Assembly: GCA_963708075.1 (NCBI GenBank)
Contig: OY970194.1
Coordinates: 7,392,001-7,456,000 of the forward strand
Reading direction: 5' to 3'
From: Sedimentisphaerales bacterium
GTDB taxonomy: Bacteria; Planctomycetota; Phycisphaerae; Sedimentisphaerales; Anaerobacaceae
DNA: 64,000 nucleotides
Of the stretch, positions 33,080-42,452 are shown piece by piece (position 1 is the stretch's first letter; every line of letters starts with the position of its first letter). Both the position numbers and the translations under genes were made by a program. The notes beneath the pieces are model-generated. The model had not been told where the DNA came from. It saw only the letters and a program-made list of their open reading frames with translations, and made no database searches.

Positions 33080-33943
33080 ATGAGAGCACTATCGTGTCCT
33101 ATGAATAGTCGAACGGTAAGATGGGGTGCTGTCGGAGTCCTTGTCGCATGTGCGGCTGCAGGGGTACATTCCCTTAATGGGGTCTCGACAGAAACCGTCA
33201 GGTTTCCGGAAATCATCCGGGCGATGAGGGAAACCCCGTGGGTGCACGGCTCAGCTTACGGATATGGACGGACCATGACGGACCTGACGGAGTTCTGGAT
33301 CGGTTTCAAGGAAGACATGTCCAGCGGCAGGATGCCCGATGGACAGGTGAGCTTCTGCAGTCTCGAAGAACTCCAAACCGCCGAATATGATCCGAACAGC
33401 AAAACTATCACTCTTTGGCCTATGGAAGAACGGGAATCCTCCCGACGTATGCTGTCACCGCTCCTGGTGGTGAGGAACATGCAGCAGATGCTCACTGACA
33501 ATGGCGGCAAGACCACAGTGTACATCGAGCGCTATCACGGCCGAGAGGTCCGGGTGCAGCAGACATCGCTTTCGACCCGGTGCCAAAGGATCAAGCGTTA
33601 TGTGATGAAGCTATACATCGATCCGCAATCCAGCCTGCTCCAAGCTGTGCAAGTGGTTGCTCGTGACGCCGCCGGGGCTGTTGTCATAGCGGGACACATT
33701 GCCTTCGACTATCCTCAGAGTGGCCCGCAGGACATCTACGATCTGGGCGTTCCGCCGGAGGCACGGATCGTGAACAATATGCCGGCAGACGATTGGCGAA
33801 CTGTGCGGGAACGGTATCGGAAAATCCTCGGCGAGGCGACGAAGGAATACGCTGCTGTGCCTGCATACCAGGATTCGGACGTTGGCGACATTGCGACAAC
33901 AATCGACGTCATCGACTGCGAGGATGGCACGCACTACCGTTGA
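33080..33943 (+). CDS. Orphan anti-sigma-like protein (TM plus LolA-like periplasmic region), paralog 1
   Basis: N-terminal TM; LYIDPQSSLL...FDYP pattern resembles the WVDxKTxL stretch of the anti-sigmas at 56-63 kb. Confidence 0.6.
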   Translation: MRALSCPMNSRTVRWGAVGVLVACAAAGVHSLNGVSTETVRFPEIIRAMRETPWVHGSAYGYGRTMTDLTEFWIGFKEDMSSGRMPDGQVSFCSLEELQTAEYDPNSKTITLWPMEERESSRRMLSPLLVVRNMQQMLTDNGGKTTVYIERYHGREVRVQQTSLSTRCQRIKRYVMKLYIDPQSSLLQAVQVVARDAAGAVVIAGHIAFDYPQSGPQDIYDLGVPPEARIVNNMPADDWRTVRERYRKILGEATKEYAAVPAYQDSDVGDIATTIDVIDCEDGTHYR

Positions 33944-34028
33944 TGGCATCAAGGCAGGATCAGGTTATCGGCATTTGAAAGGAGTCCTTCAAAAGGGTCC
34001 ATGCTAAGGCATGGCACCTCTAGTGTGA

Positions 34029-34060
34029 GCCGGGGAATCCATCCCCGGCCCCTTTCTCTA
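34029..34060 (+). terminator. Rho-independent terminator immediately before the intron fragment
   Basis: GCCGGGGA-atcca-TCCCCGGC then CCCTTTCTCT. Confidence 0.7.
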
Positions 34061-34064
34061 TGCG

Positions 34065-34300
34065 GTGTGCCGGGCATGGCGCGATGATTTGGAGGTGCAA
34101 GTCCTCTGGGGACCTTGATGACAGGAACCCCTGGCTCAACGCCAAGGCCTGCCGCCGCAAGACGGGGTCTGAAGGAAGCCGCAGGCAAAGCCTCGCTCCG
34201 ATGAACAGCAGTCGCGTACAAGGCGATGCAAGATGGGCAAGAGGGCCGCAAGACTCCAAGCCAGATGTCAACCGGAATCGGGCGACGTAGACGCGCCGCC
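34065..34300 (+). mobile_element. Group II intron (class IIC-like) 5' fragment: domain I only, no RT ORF or domain V
   Basis: Starts GTGTGCCGGGCATGG; GAGGTGCAAGTCCTC, AACGCCAAGG and TCTGAAGGAAGC..GGCAAA..GATGAACA are colinear with Oceanobacillus iheyensis IIC intron domain I as I recall it; lies just after a terminator. Confidence 0.8.
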
Positions 34301-34542
34301 ATTTGCTGTTTGTCTACTAAAGAACATTGGAAACCGATGAAACATGCGGGTTAGGCCTGTACAAATCTCAGGGATAAACGTCCATACTATAGAAAGCCGT
34401 TATTAGCTCACCACTCCACCGCCAGTGCAAGGTGCATTCTATCTGAGTCATGCTGTGTTGGCGCGAACGAGACAAACGGTCCGGAGTGATGGTCGAAAGA
34501 GAGGTCATAGAGGACCAAGACCCCCAGGCGGAGGTAGAAACT

Positions 34543-37500
34543 ATGAGTAATAGTAGATCAAATACTGCGTCCATTCACGCCCGTGCATCCGTCGTTCTTG
34601 CCCTGATTGCTTTCTCTATGGCTGTGCCGCCATCTGCGGTGTGGGCAGCGACCTATTACGTGGATGGAGACAATCCCAAAGCCAGCGATGCCAGTCGTGG
34701 GACGGAAGCACGGCCTTGGAAGACGATTTTCAGAAGCGTCGGCCAACTACAACCGGGGGACACGCTGCTGGTAAAGGCGGGCACCTACCGGGAGACCGTG
34801 ATTCTGACCACGAGTGGTACGGCGGACCAGCCGATCACGATCCAGGCGTATCCCGGGCATGAAGGCAAGGTCGTCATTGACGCAGCGGAACCCGTGGCCG
34901 AATGGCGCCGGTGCACCGGGCCCGAGGAGTGCAGCGGAAATCCGAACTGGAGCCACATCTACTATGCGGACGTGGCCGGCTTTGTGAGCAAACACCCGGA
35001 CAAGACCTTCGCCGTCCGGCAGGTCTTTCAGCACGGTCGGTTGCTGCTGCGCTCACGATATCCCGACGCCGGATGGAGATATCCCACTTCCGTTGCTGAC
35101 CCCTGGAAAGTGTTCAGCGACGGTTCTCTCATCCAGCCGGAGGGCTATTTTGCCGGGGCGGTGTGCCATATCAAGACCAGAGTGTGGCTACTGGACGCTA
35201 TCCCCGTTACGGCGTTCTCCCGTGGGACAATCACCCTTGAAACCAGTCCCCAGGCCGACATCTCGACGGACTTCGGGTACTTCATCACCAGCATCGTGGG
35301 CGAGATCAATGCGGAAGGCGAATGGGCCTACGATCCGGCTCAGAAGAAGATCTTCTTATGGCCCAGGGGCGATGCGGCGGAGGATATCGAGTTCACCTAC
35401 CGGGAATGCTGTCTGCGAACCAACGAGGGGGTCTCGTTCAATACTGTGCTCGGATTGACGATGCGGAATGCCTGGGTGTACGGGATTCTGGTCTGCCGGT
35501 CGCACGACATCACGATTGAGAACAACACCGTGGAATACTGCTTCGACCGCAGCATCCGGTTGCAGACTGAGGGCGGCACCTGCGACAACAATCAAATCCT
35601 ACGCAACACGGTCAAGTACTCCGGCTCCTGCGGGATCAACGTGGATGGCGGGGCCGCGCACTACAATATCGAGGGCAATTACGTCTACGCCACGGGCGTA
35701 GAGCATTTCGGCGACGATATGCTCAACGGGATCGGCGAAGGCCTGTTCATCTGGGGCCCGTATGGGCGCGTGTACAACAACCGGGTCGACCGCACGGCCA
35801 GGGCCGCCCTGTACATCGCCGGCCAGCCGAGCTATCGCGAGATCTGCTTCAACCATGTCACCCACACCGGCCTGGCCCTGTCGGACGGCGGTGCCGGCCT
35901 CTATACAGCCGGCTATCACCCCGGACCGGAAACAGACCATATCCACCACAATATCTTCGCCGATGCCATCGGGTGCAACACGATGAACAAGGCGTACGAG
36001 GCCGGGCTTCCCGTGACCATTGAGAAATATGGCGGCGACAGCCCCGGCCTCTACGTGGATGAGGAGGGCAACAATCGCATCATCGAGCACAATACGATCA
36101 TCAATTCCCGTTCGCACGGCATCTACTTCCATTGGGCGCCCGGGAATGTCGTCCAGCACAATACTCTCTATGGCAACGGAGAGTATCAGGTGAAGTTCAA
36201 CGGCAACGACAGTGACCGGCAGAGGCTCATCGACGATGTCCTGCTGGACAATATTCTGTTCTCGACCGCGCCACAACAATACACGCTGTGGGTGGGTATG
36301 AACTACGATGATGTCCGGTTTGGCCAGTCCGACCGGAACTACTTCTACAATCCGTACGCCGACACACATATTCACGTGATTCGGTATCTGACCCCGTACA
36401 GTGGAGAGCACCACGACTTTTTGACCCTGAGTGGCTGGCAGGCGCTGTCCGGATACGACCGCAACTCGAAGGAATTCTCCTCTCTGAATCAACTCCCCCA
36501 GGTGACTGTGGCCAGTCCCGTGAAATCGAGGATCGTTTACAACGCATCGCTCGACGTCAACACGGTCGATCTGGGACCGGACCTCTATTGCGACGTGCAG
36601 GGCAATGGAATCCGTGGAGAGCTAGTGTTGCGGCCCTTCGAATCGAAGATCCTGATCGCCGCAGTGGATGCGGTGGTGACCCAGCAGGCGACGAATCCGG
36701 TGCCGGCCGATAGGGGACAGGTAGGGGTTGGGCCCATGTTGGAATGGACGGCGGCCGCCAGGGCGGCCTCCCACCACGTGTATCTCGGCACGGATAAGGA
36801 CGCCGTGTCAGCCGGTGATACGGCCTCGCCACTCTTCCGGGGGCGGCAAAGCGGCACAAGCTTCTCCCTGCAAGGGCTCGTGCAGCCCGGTACCCGGTAC
36901 TTCTGGCGGGTCGACGAAGTGGAGACTGACGGCAGGACCATTCACAAGGGCGTCGTCTGGACCTTCACCGTATCCGACTATCTCGTCATCGACGACTTCG
37001 AGAACTACACAGATACTGAAGGCAGCCGCATCGAGGAGACCTGGAGCGACGGCTCCCTCAACGGCACCGGCGCACAGGTGAGCCGCGGGAGCAATCTCCC
37101 CGCCGGGTGGGCGGACGATACCCACGGCAAGGGGTCCATGTCTCTGGCCTATGACAGCGTCAAGCCGCCGCACGTCAGCGAGGTCGAGCGGGAATTTGCC
37201 CGCGAACAGGACTGGACGGCTGCCGGCATGGACACCCTGAGCCTGTGGTATCGGGGCGACCGCGTGTCCTTTGGGGAGACCGCGCCAGGCAATTTTGTCA
37301 TGAGTGCGGCCGGAGCGGACATTTGGTACGCCCAAGATGAGTTCCGCTATGCCTATAAGCGTCTCGACGGAGATGGCGAGATTGTGGCCAAAGTCGTGGA
37401 TTTGGCGGGGGTCGACCACCCGGGCAACGCTCCGGATGACTTCTATGTGACTGTAGAAGACAGCGAAGGCAAGACAGCTACCGTGGTCAACCCGGATCCG

Positions 37501-37674
37501 GCGGCTGTGAACACAATGGCTTGGAAGGAATGGAGAATTCCCCTGCACAGCTTCAACGGCGTGGACCTGAGCCGGGTCAGGAGGATGTCCATCGGCGTAG
37601 GTAATCCCGAGGTCGCCACTGTGGCCGGAGACGGGCACATTTGCATCGACGATATCAGAGTGTGGAAGCCGTGA
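34543..37674 (+). CDS. Secreted right-handed beta-helix (pectin-lyase-like) protein with one Fn3/Ig repeat and the shared C-terminal domain
   Basis: ATYYVD...PWKTI...LQPGDTLLVKAGTYRE; Asn ladders; YFWRVDE; IDDFENYT...IDDIR. Confidence 0.88.
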   Translation: MSNSRSNTASIHARASVVLALIAFSMAVPPSAVWAATYYVDGDNPKASDASRGTEARPWKTIFRSVGQLQPGDTLLVKAGTYRETVILTTSGTADQPITIQAYPGHEGKVVIDAAEPVAEWRRCTGPEECSGNPNWSHIYYADVAGFVSKHPDKTFAVRQVFQHGRLLLRSRYPDAGWRYPTSVADPWKVFSDGSLIQPEGYFAGAVCHIKTRVWLLDAIPVTAFSRGTITLETSPQADISTDFGYFITSIVGEINAEGEWAYDPAQKKIFLWPRGDAAEDIEFTYRECCLRTNEGVSFNTVLGLTMRNAWVYGILVCRSHDITIENNTVEYCFDRSIRLQTEGGTCDNNQILRNTVKYSGSCGINVDGGAAHYNIEGNYVYATGVEHFGDDMLNGIGEGLFIWGPYGRVYNNRVDRTARAALYIAGQPSYREICFNHVTHTGLALSDGGAGLYTAGYHPGPETDHIHHNIFADAIGCNTMNKAYEAGLPVTIEKYGGDSPGLYVDEEGNNRIIEHNTIINSRSHGIYFHWAPGNVVQHNTLYGNGEYQVKFNGNDSDRQRLIDDVLLDNILFSTAPQQYTLWVGMNYDDVRFGQSDRNYFYNPYADTHIHVIRYLTPYSGEHHDFLTLSGWQALSGYDRNSKEFSSLNQLPQVTVASPVKSRIVYNASLDVNTVDLGPDLYCDVQGNGIRGELVLRPFESKILIAAVDAVVTQQATNPVPADRGQVGVGPMLEWTAAARAASHHVYLGTDKDAVSAGDTASPLFRGRQSGTSFSLQGLVQPGTRYFWRVDEVETDGRTIHKGVVWTFTVSDYLVIDDFENYTDTEGSRIEETWSDGSLNGTGAQVSRGSNLPAGWADDTHGKGSMSLAYDSVKPPHVSEVEREFAREQDWTAAGMDTLSLWYRGDRVSFGETAPGNFVMSAAGADIWYAQDEFRYAYKRLDGDGEIVAKVVDLAGVDHPGNAPDDFYVTVEDSEGKTATVVNPDPAAVNTMAWKEWRIPLHSFNGVDLSRVRRMSIGVGNPEVATVAGDGHICIDDIRVWKP

Positions 37675-37855
37675 TTGCGGATCCGCCCTGTGTAGGTCGT
37701 GCGTCCCCGCGGAGGGTCTGCTTCGCCGTCGGTGAGAAGATCATGTAAAGCACACCGAACGGGCAGCTCGGACGTGGCGCATAGTCCCTGCGCCTGCGAA
37801 GGAGCTGCGGCACGTTGAGACGTGTGTCCGCAAGGCATGGCTGAGAGGAACAAAC

Positions 37856-38806
37856 ATGAGATCGATACTGTGTCTTATGAATAGCCGAAGAGCAGAATGG
37901 GGCGCTCTCGGCATCCTGTTCGCAGGTGTGGCTGCGATAGTGTATTTCCTCAATATGGCGCCATCGATAGAGACCGTCAGGTTTCCGGAAATCACGCGCG
38001 CCATGAAGGAAACCCCGTGGGTACACGCGTCGGCCTATGGATATGGGCGGAGCATGACAGGCCTGACAGAGTTCTGGATCGGTTTCAGGGAAGACATCTT
38101 CAGCGGCAGGACGCCCGATGGACGGGTGAGCTTCTGCCGCCTCGAAGAGCTCCAAACCGCCCAATACGATCCGGACAGCAAGACGATCGCTCTTTGGCCT
38201 CTGGAAGAGCAGGAATGCTCCACCTCTATATTGTCGCCGCTCCTGGCCGTGAGGAACATGCAGCAGATGCTCACTGACAATGGCGGCAAGACCGCGGTGT
38301 ATATTGATCGCTATCATGGACGAGAGGTCCTCGTACAGCAGACATCGCTTTCCACCCGGTGCCAAAGGCTCAAGCGTTATGTGATGAAGCTATACATCGA
38401 TCCACAATCCAGTCTGCTTCAGGCTGTGCAAGTGGTCGCCCGTGACGCTGCCGGTGCTATTGTCACGGCAGGACACATTGCCTTCGACTATCCTCAGAGT
38501 GGTCCGCAGGACATCTACGCTCTGGGCGTCCCGCGGGAGACACGGATCGTGAACCATATGCCCGCAGACGATTGGCGGACCGTGCGGGACCGGTATCGGA
38601 AAATCCTTGGCGACGAAGGAATACACTGCTGTGGATGCACACCAGGATTCGATCTTGGGGACATTGTGACACTGATCAACGAAGGCCACAAATCCGGACC
38701 GGCGCAGCGTCACGAACGAGGCCTTATCTTCGGCCAAAGTCGATCCGGGAGTGGGACAGATTCTCCACAGCCTGTGGATTGCCATGCTCTCTGTGCCAAT
38801 GTCTAA
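37856..38806 (+). CDS. Orphan anti-sigma-like protein, paralog 2
   Basis: Highly similar to 33080-33943 as far as YRKILG. Confidence 0.6.
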   Translation: MRSILCLMNSRRAEWGALGILFAGVAAIVYFLNMAPSIETVRFPEITRAMKETPWVHASAYGYGRSMTGLTEFWIGFREDIFSGRTPDGRVSFCRLEELQTAQYDPDSKTIALWPLEEQECSTSILSPLLAVRNMQQMLTDNGGKTAVYIDRYHGREVLVQQTSLSTRCQRLKRYVMKLYIDPQSSLLQAVQVVARDAAGAIVTAGHIAFDYPQSGPQDIYALGVPRETRIVNHMPADDWRTVRDRYRKILGDEGIHCCGCTPGFDLGDIVTLINEGHKSGPAQRHERGLIFGQSRSGSGTDSPQPVDCHALCANV

Positions 38807-38889
38807 AGGAGTCCTTCAAAAGGGTCCATGCTACGGCGTGGAACCTTAGTGCGGGCCGGGGAATCCATCCCCGGCCCCTTTTCTGTGCG

Positions 38890-39010
38890 GTGTGCCGGGC
38901 ATGGCACGATGATTTGGAGGTGCAAGTCCTCTGGGGATCTGATGACGGAAACCCCTGGCTCAACAGCAAGGGCTGACGCCGCAAGGCGGGATCTGAAAGA
39001 AGCCGCAGGC
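38890..39010 (+). mobile_element. Group IIC-like intron 5' fragment, shorter copy
   Basis: GTGTGCCGGGCATGG...TCTGAAAGAAGCCGCAGGC after the terminator at 38853-38882. Confidence 0.75.
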
Positions 39011-39124
39011 GGATTCACTGCGCCGCATATTGCCTCCGTGCCGGCGATCCTGTATCGTACAACGCGACGATTGGCGTGATCGTCGCGTTACGGAATGGCC
39101 GGAAAGGACGTTGGAGGACATGGC

Positions 39125-40567
39125 ATGGCGAGCACAGGTCCGATTTCGAGACGGCACACGCTTCAGGGGGCAGGCGTGCTGGGAGCGGCGGCACTACTCG
39201 GGGGCAAGCCGGGCGGTGGGGAGGTCGTGGCGGCGGGGCAGGGGGGCGGTATGTCGGCGCGGGGGAACCCGGCGATTGTCGAGAAGGTGTTCAAGACGCC
39301 GCTGATCGACACGCACGAGCATCTGATCGAGGAGAAGGAACGGCTGGCGGCCTCGCACCCGCGCGTCCAGGCGGATGACTGGAGCCTGCTGCTGAACCAT
39401 TACCTCAATTCCGACCTGCTTGTGGCTGGGATGCCCAAAGCGGCCTACGACAAGTTCTTTGCGAAAGAGACCGACCCCGTCGAGAAGTGGCGGCTCCTGG
39501 AGCCGTACTGGCCCGCCGTGAAGAACACGGGATACGGGCAGGCCGTGCGAATCGCCATGCAGCAACTCTACGAGGTGGAGGATTTGTCCGCGGCAACCGT
39601 CAAGAAGGTGCAAACGGCGTACGAGCAAACGCGGCGGGCGGGCTTCTATCGGCGCATCCTGTGCGATCTGGCCAAGATCGAGTCGTGTCAGGTGAACTAC
39701 CTGGGCCGGCCGTTCGGCGAGTCGGACATGCCCACGCTGCTGATGCAGGATATCAGTATCGTCGGGATGTTCGCCGGCCCGGACCTCAACGGCTTCGGCA
39801 AGCCCACCGGCATCGACGTGACTTCACTATCCGATTGGCACCGCGTCATCGACTGGTGGTTCGATAAGTACGCGAAATACGCTGTCGCCGTCAAATCGCA
39901 AAACGCCTATAGCCGGGACATCGACTACGAGCAGGTCCCTGCAGAGAAGGTTGAGGCCATCTTCAAAAAGCGACTCGCGAACGACTCACTGACGGCCCAG
40001 GAGAAGAAGGACCTCGAAGATCACCTCTTCTGGTACGCCGTCCGAAAAGCCACCGAACACAAGCTCCCTGTCAAGTTGCACACGGGCTACTACGCCGGCC
40101 AGAATGGCATGCCCCTCGGCCGGCTGATCAACAATCCGGCCTCCGCCACGGACCTGTGCCGCGAGGCCCCGGAGACTCGGTTCGTCTTCATGCACATCTG
40201 TTACCCGTACTACGAAGAGCTGCTCGCGGCGGCCAAGCACTACGCGAACGCGTACGTCGATATGTGCTGGTCCTGGATCATCAATCCGGTCGCGGCCAAG
40301 GACTTTCTCAAGAAGTTCCTGGTGACCGTCCCAGCCAACAAAATCCTCACCTTTGGCGGCGACTACATCCCCGTCGAGCCCGTCCTCGGCCACGCGACAA
40401 TCGCCCGTCGCGGCATTGCCCTGGCCCTGAGCGAACTGGTCGAAGAAGGCTGGCTTACCCTCCCCGACGCGATGGACCTGATCGACCCCATCATGCACGC
40501 CAACGCCCGCCAACTCTTCAACGTCCCCGAAAAGACCCGAGCCCTTGAGAATGTGAAGTGGACCTGA
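39125..40567 (+). CDS. Amidohydrolase-family metalloenzyme with Tat-like signal
   Basis: ISRRHTL signal; IDTHEH, LHTG, FMH and FGGD motifs. Confidence 0.88.
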   Translation: MASTGPISRRHTLQGAGVLGAAALLGGKPGGGEVVAAGQGGGMSARGNPAIVEKVFKTPLIDTHEHLIEEKERLAASHPRVQADDWSLLLNHYLNSDLLVAGMPKAAYDKFFAKETDPVEKWRLLEPYWPAVKNTGYGQAVRIAMQQLYEVEDLSAATVKKVQTAYEQTRRAGFYRRILCDLAKIESCQVNYLGRPFGESDMPTLLMQDISIVGMFAGPDLNGFGKPTGIDVTSLSDWHRVIDWWFDKYAKYAVAVKSQNAYSRDIDYEQVPAEKVEAIFKKRLANDSLTAQEKKDLEDHLFWYAVRKATEHKLPVKLHTGYYAGQNGMPLGRLINNPASATDLCREAPETRFVFMHICYPYYEELLAAAKHYANAYVDMCWSWIINPVAAKDFLKKFLVTVPANKILTFGGDYIPVEPVLGHATIARRGIALALSELVEEGWLTLPDAMDLIDPIMHANARQLFNVPEKTRALENVKWT

Positions 40568-40573
40568 TGCGCA

Positions 40574-40598
40574 TAGGGTGGGGCAAGCTCCACCCTAC
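40574..40598. repeat. REP-like palindrome
   Basis: TAGGGTGG-ggcaagct-CCACCCTA-C. Confidence 0.55.
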
Positions 40599-40606
40599 AA
40601 ACTCTA

Positions 40607-40635
40607 TTGCACTCATGCATATGCCGTGCTATCCT
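40607..40635 (+). promoter_or_regulatory. Putative sigma70 promoter
   Basis: TTGCAC-N17-TATCCT with TG extension. Confidence 0.45.
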
Positions 40636-40703
40636 TTTGATTGCGCGTGACGATCTGCGTCCCCAATATGACTTAATGACTCAGTGTTGTGTTAGGCGCG
40701 GTA

Positions 40704-41234
40704 ATGTACTGCTTCATACGCTGGAAACACACGGAAGAAGGCTATAGACCTGATATACTAGAAGGAATGGGTTTTCTTCTGCTTGCAGAACCTGGCCGAG
40801 CGTGTGACGGGACTGAGTTCGCGTTGTTTCAGTGTGATCTGCCGGATGACTGCGAGATGCCTGAGAGTGTATATCCGGTCTGCGATGAGCTTGCCACATT
40901 GCTTGAGTCTGCCGAGGACTACCCACCTGCTCTAGCACTCGTCCGAGACGATTTGGACGGCGATGGCAGCCCGTCTGAGGCTGAGTTTTCAGAGAAGCTC
41001 ATCGAGCGATTGACATTCTATCTTCACGGGCAGGTCCATTCTCCTTTCTTCATGGCTAGAGCAAAAAAGACAGAGATTGGCTATAAACAAGCCGGCGGCT
41101 ATTACTGGATCGTCGGGTACAAAGACAAATCGGTCTTGTGGGTATCGAGAGACTACTTTGTATATAAGGATCCCCTTGGCGATTTTGAGCTTGAGGCAAG
41201 TGAGGTTCGACACAAGTTTCGTCGAAGGAAGTGA
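40704..41234 (+). CDS. Hypothetical acidic protein
   Basis: Lower-GC ORF with a candidate promoter; no family recognised. Confidence 0.6.
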   Translation: MYCFIRWKHTEEGYRPDILEGMGFLLLAEPGRACDGTEFALFQCDLPDDCEMPESVYPVCDELATLLESAEDYPPALALVRDDLDGDGSPSEAEFSEKLIERLTFYLHGQVHSPFFMARAKKTEIGYKQAGGYYWIVGYKDKSVLWVSRDYFVYKDPLGDFELEASEVRHKFRRRK

Positions 41235-41267
41235 TGCTCAAGACCCTTTGGAGGAATAGCGGCCTAC

Positions 41268-41339
41268 TCATTACCACTGCGAAAGCAGGGACCAGGAACG
41301 CCGTAGCGTAAGTGGATTCCCGCCTTCGCGGGAACGGCA
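41268..41339. repeat. Degenerate REP doublet of the TCATTCCCGCGAAAGCGGGA...TGGATTCCCGCCTTCGCGGGAATGAC type
   Basis: CTGCGAAAGCAGGGACCA ... TGGATTCCCGCCTTCGCGGGAACGGC. Confidence 0.55.
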
Positions 41340-41399
41340 TGCGGGCAACCGCGCGCTGCACTTCCACAGTGTTACAGGCTCTCGCGGTGTCGTTGTCCA

Positions 41400-42413
41400 C
41401 TATGAATCGAGTTTCGCGTACTCGGCCAGGAGGCGGAGGTAGAGGCGGTAGTCGTCGAGGGAGACGCCGGGCGGAGTCTGGTGATCGACGCTGGGGATGA
41501 AGCCACCGGTTTTCATGAGCGGGACCAGACGCTCGAATTCGGCGCGGATCGCCGCTTCGCCTTTGTTCAAGACCATTTTGTCGTAGTGGCCGATCATTCG
41601 GAGGTTGGGGAAACTTCGGCGTAGCTCCATCCCGTGCACGCCTGCCTGGCGTTCCAACGGCAGCACGCCCCAGATGCCCACGTCCTGCAGCCACGGCACC
41701 ATGCGCGTCACGTCGCCGTCGGTGTCCACGATCGGGATGATGTCCAGCTCGCGGACCATCGGGATGAACTGCCGGTAGTAGGGGGCGAGGAACTCGTCGA
41801 AGATCCCGCGGGAGATCATAGGCCCGTGGTTGTACGACATGTCCTCGGCGAACGTCATGAACGTCGGCACGCAGACCTTCGCGATCTTGCGCAGCGTGCG
41901 GATGTGGAAGTCGGTGAGGTCCTGGTTGATCCTGTGAATCAGCTCGGGCTGATCGTAGAAGGCGTACATCTGCCGTTCGATGTTCATCAGGGTTCGCGGG
42001 AACCAGAACCAGCCCTCGAACGTAATCCACACCACGGCCTCGCCCCGGCTCTGTTGCTCAGCCCATGGCCGCATCGATTCGATCGCCGCGTCATGTTGCG
42101 GGTAGAGTCGGGGGAGAACGGCGAGGTAATCGTCCATGTTCGCGACGATGCCCTCGACGTGGTGCTGCGTGGCCTCGATGGTCGCCTCTGTCGTGCTGAA
42201 CCAGAACTGCATGTAGGGGTCCAGCCCGAAGTACTGCGAGATGTCGAAGACGCTCCGGCACTGCTGGGGCAGCCCCTCGGCTCGCCATCGCTCGATCGTC
42301 TGGTCCCACCACATGGCCCACTCCCATCGAGGGAGCCGGTCCACGCTTTGGAAACCCATCACCGCTCGGAAACGCTCGACGTGGTTCATGTGGGTAACCT
42401 GCTGGCTCGCCAC
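41400..42413 (-). CDS. Uroporphyrinogen decarboxylase-family (MtaA/CmuA-like) protein
   Basis: AEDMSYNHGPMIS, VDTDGD and GGFIPSVDHQTPPGV. Confidence 0.88.
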   Translation of the reverse strand: MASQQVTHMNHVERFRAVMGFQSVDRLPRWEWAMWWDQTIERWRAEGLPQQCRSVFDISQYFGLDPYMQFWFSTTEATIEATQHHVEGIVANMDDYLAVLPRLYPQHDAAIESMRPWAEQQSRGEAVVWITFEGWFWFPRTLMNIERQMYAFYDQPELIHRINQDLTDFHIRTLRKIAKVCVPTFMTFAEDMSYNHGPMISRGIFDEFLAPYYRQFIPMVRELDIIPIVDTDGDVTRMVPWLQDVGIWGVLPLERQAGVHGMELRRSFPNLRMIGHYDKMVLNKGEAAIRAEFERLVPLMKTGGFIPSVDHQTPPGVSLDDYRLYLRLLAEYAKLDS

Positions 42414-42452
42414 AAGGGCAATTCGCTCTCGCTCACGGTCGTCCGGTACGCG

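Larger units (their letters stand above)
32924..34186 (+). repeat. Copy 1 of a duplicated ~1.3 kb unit (partner 37692-39010)
   Basis: Leader, ORF, terminator and intron fragment are colinear with 37692-39010. Confidence 0.9.
37692..39010 (+). repeat. Copy 2 of the duplicated ~1.3 kb unit
   Basis: Starts at the REP half GTAGGTCGTGCGTCCCCGC; colinear with 32924-34186. Confidence 0.9.

Noticed and set aside
33080..38806. Diversity-generating retroelement template/variable repeat pair
   Set aside because: No reverse transcriptase in the window, and the differences between copies are not adenine-specific
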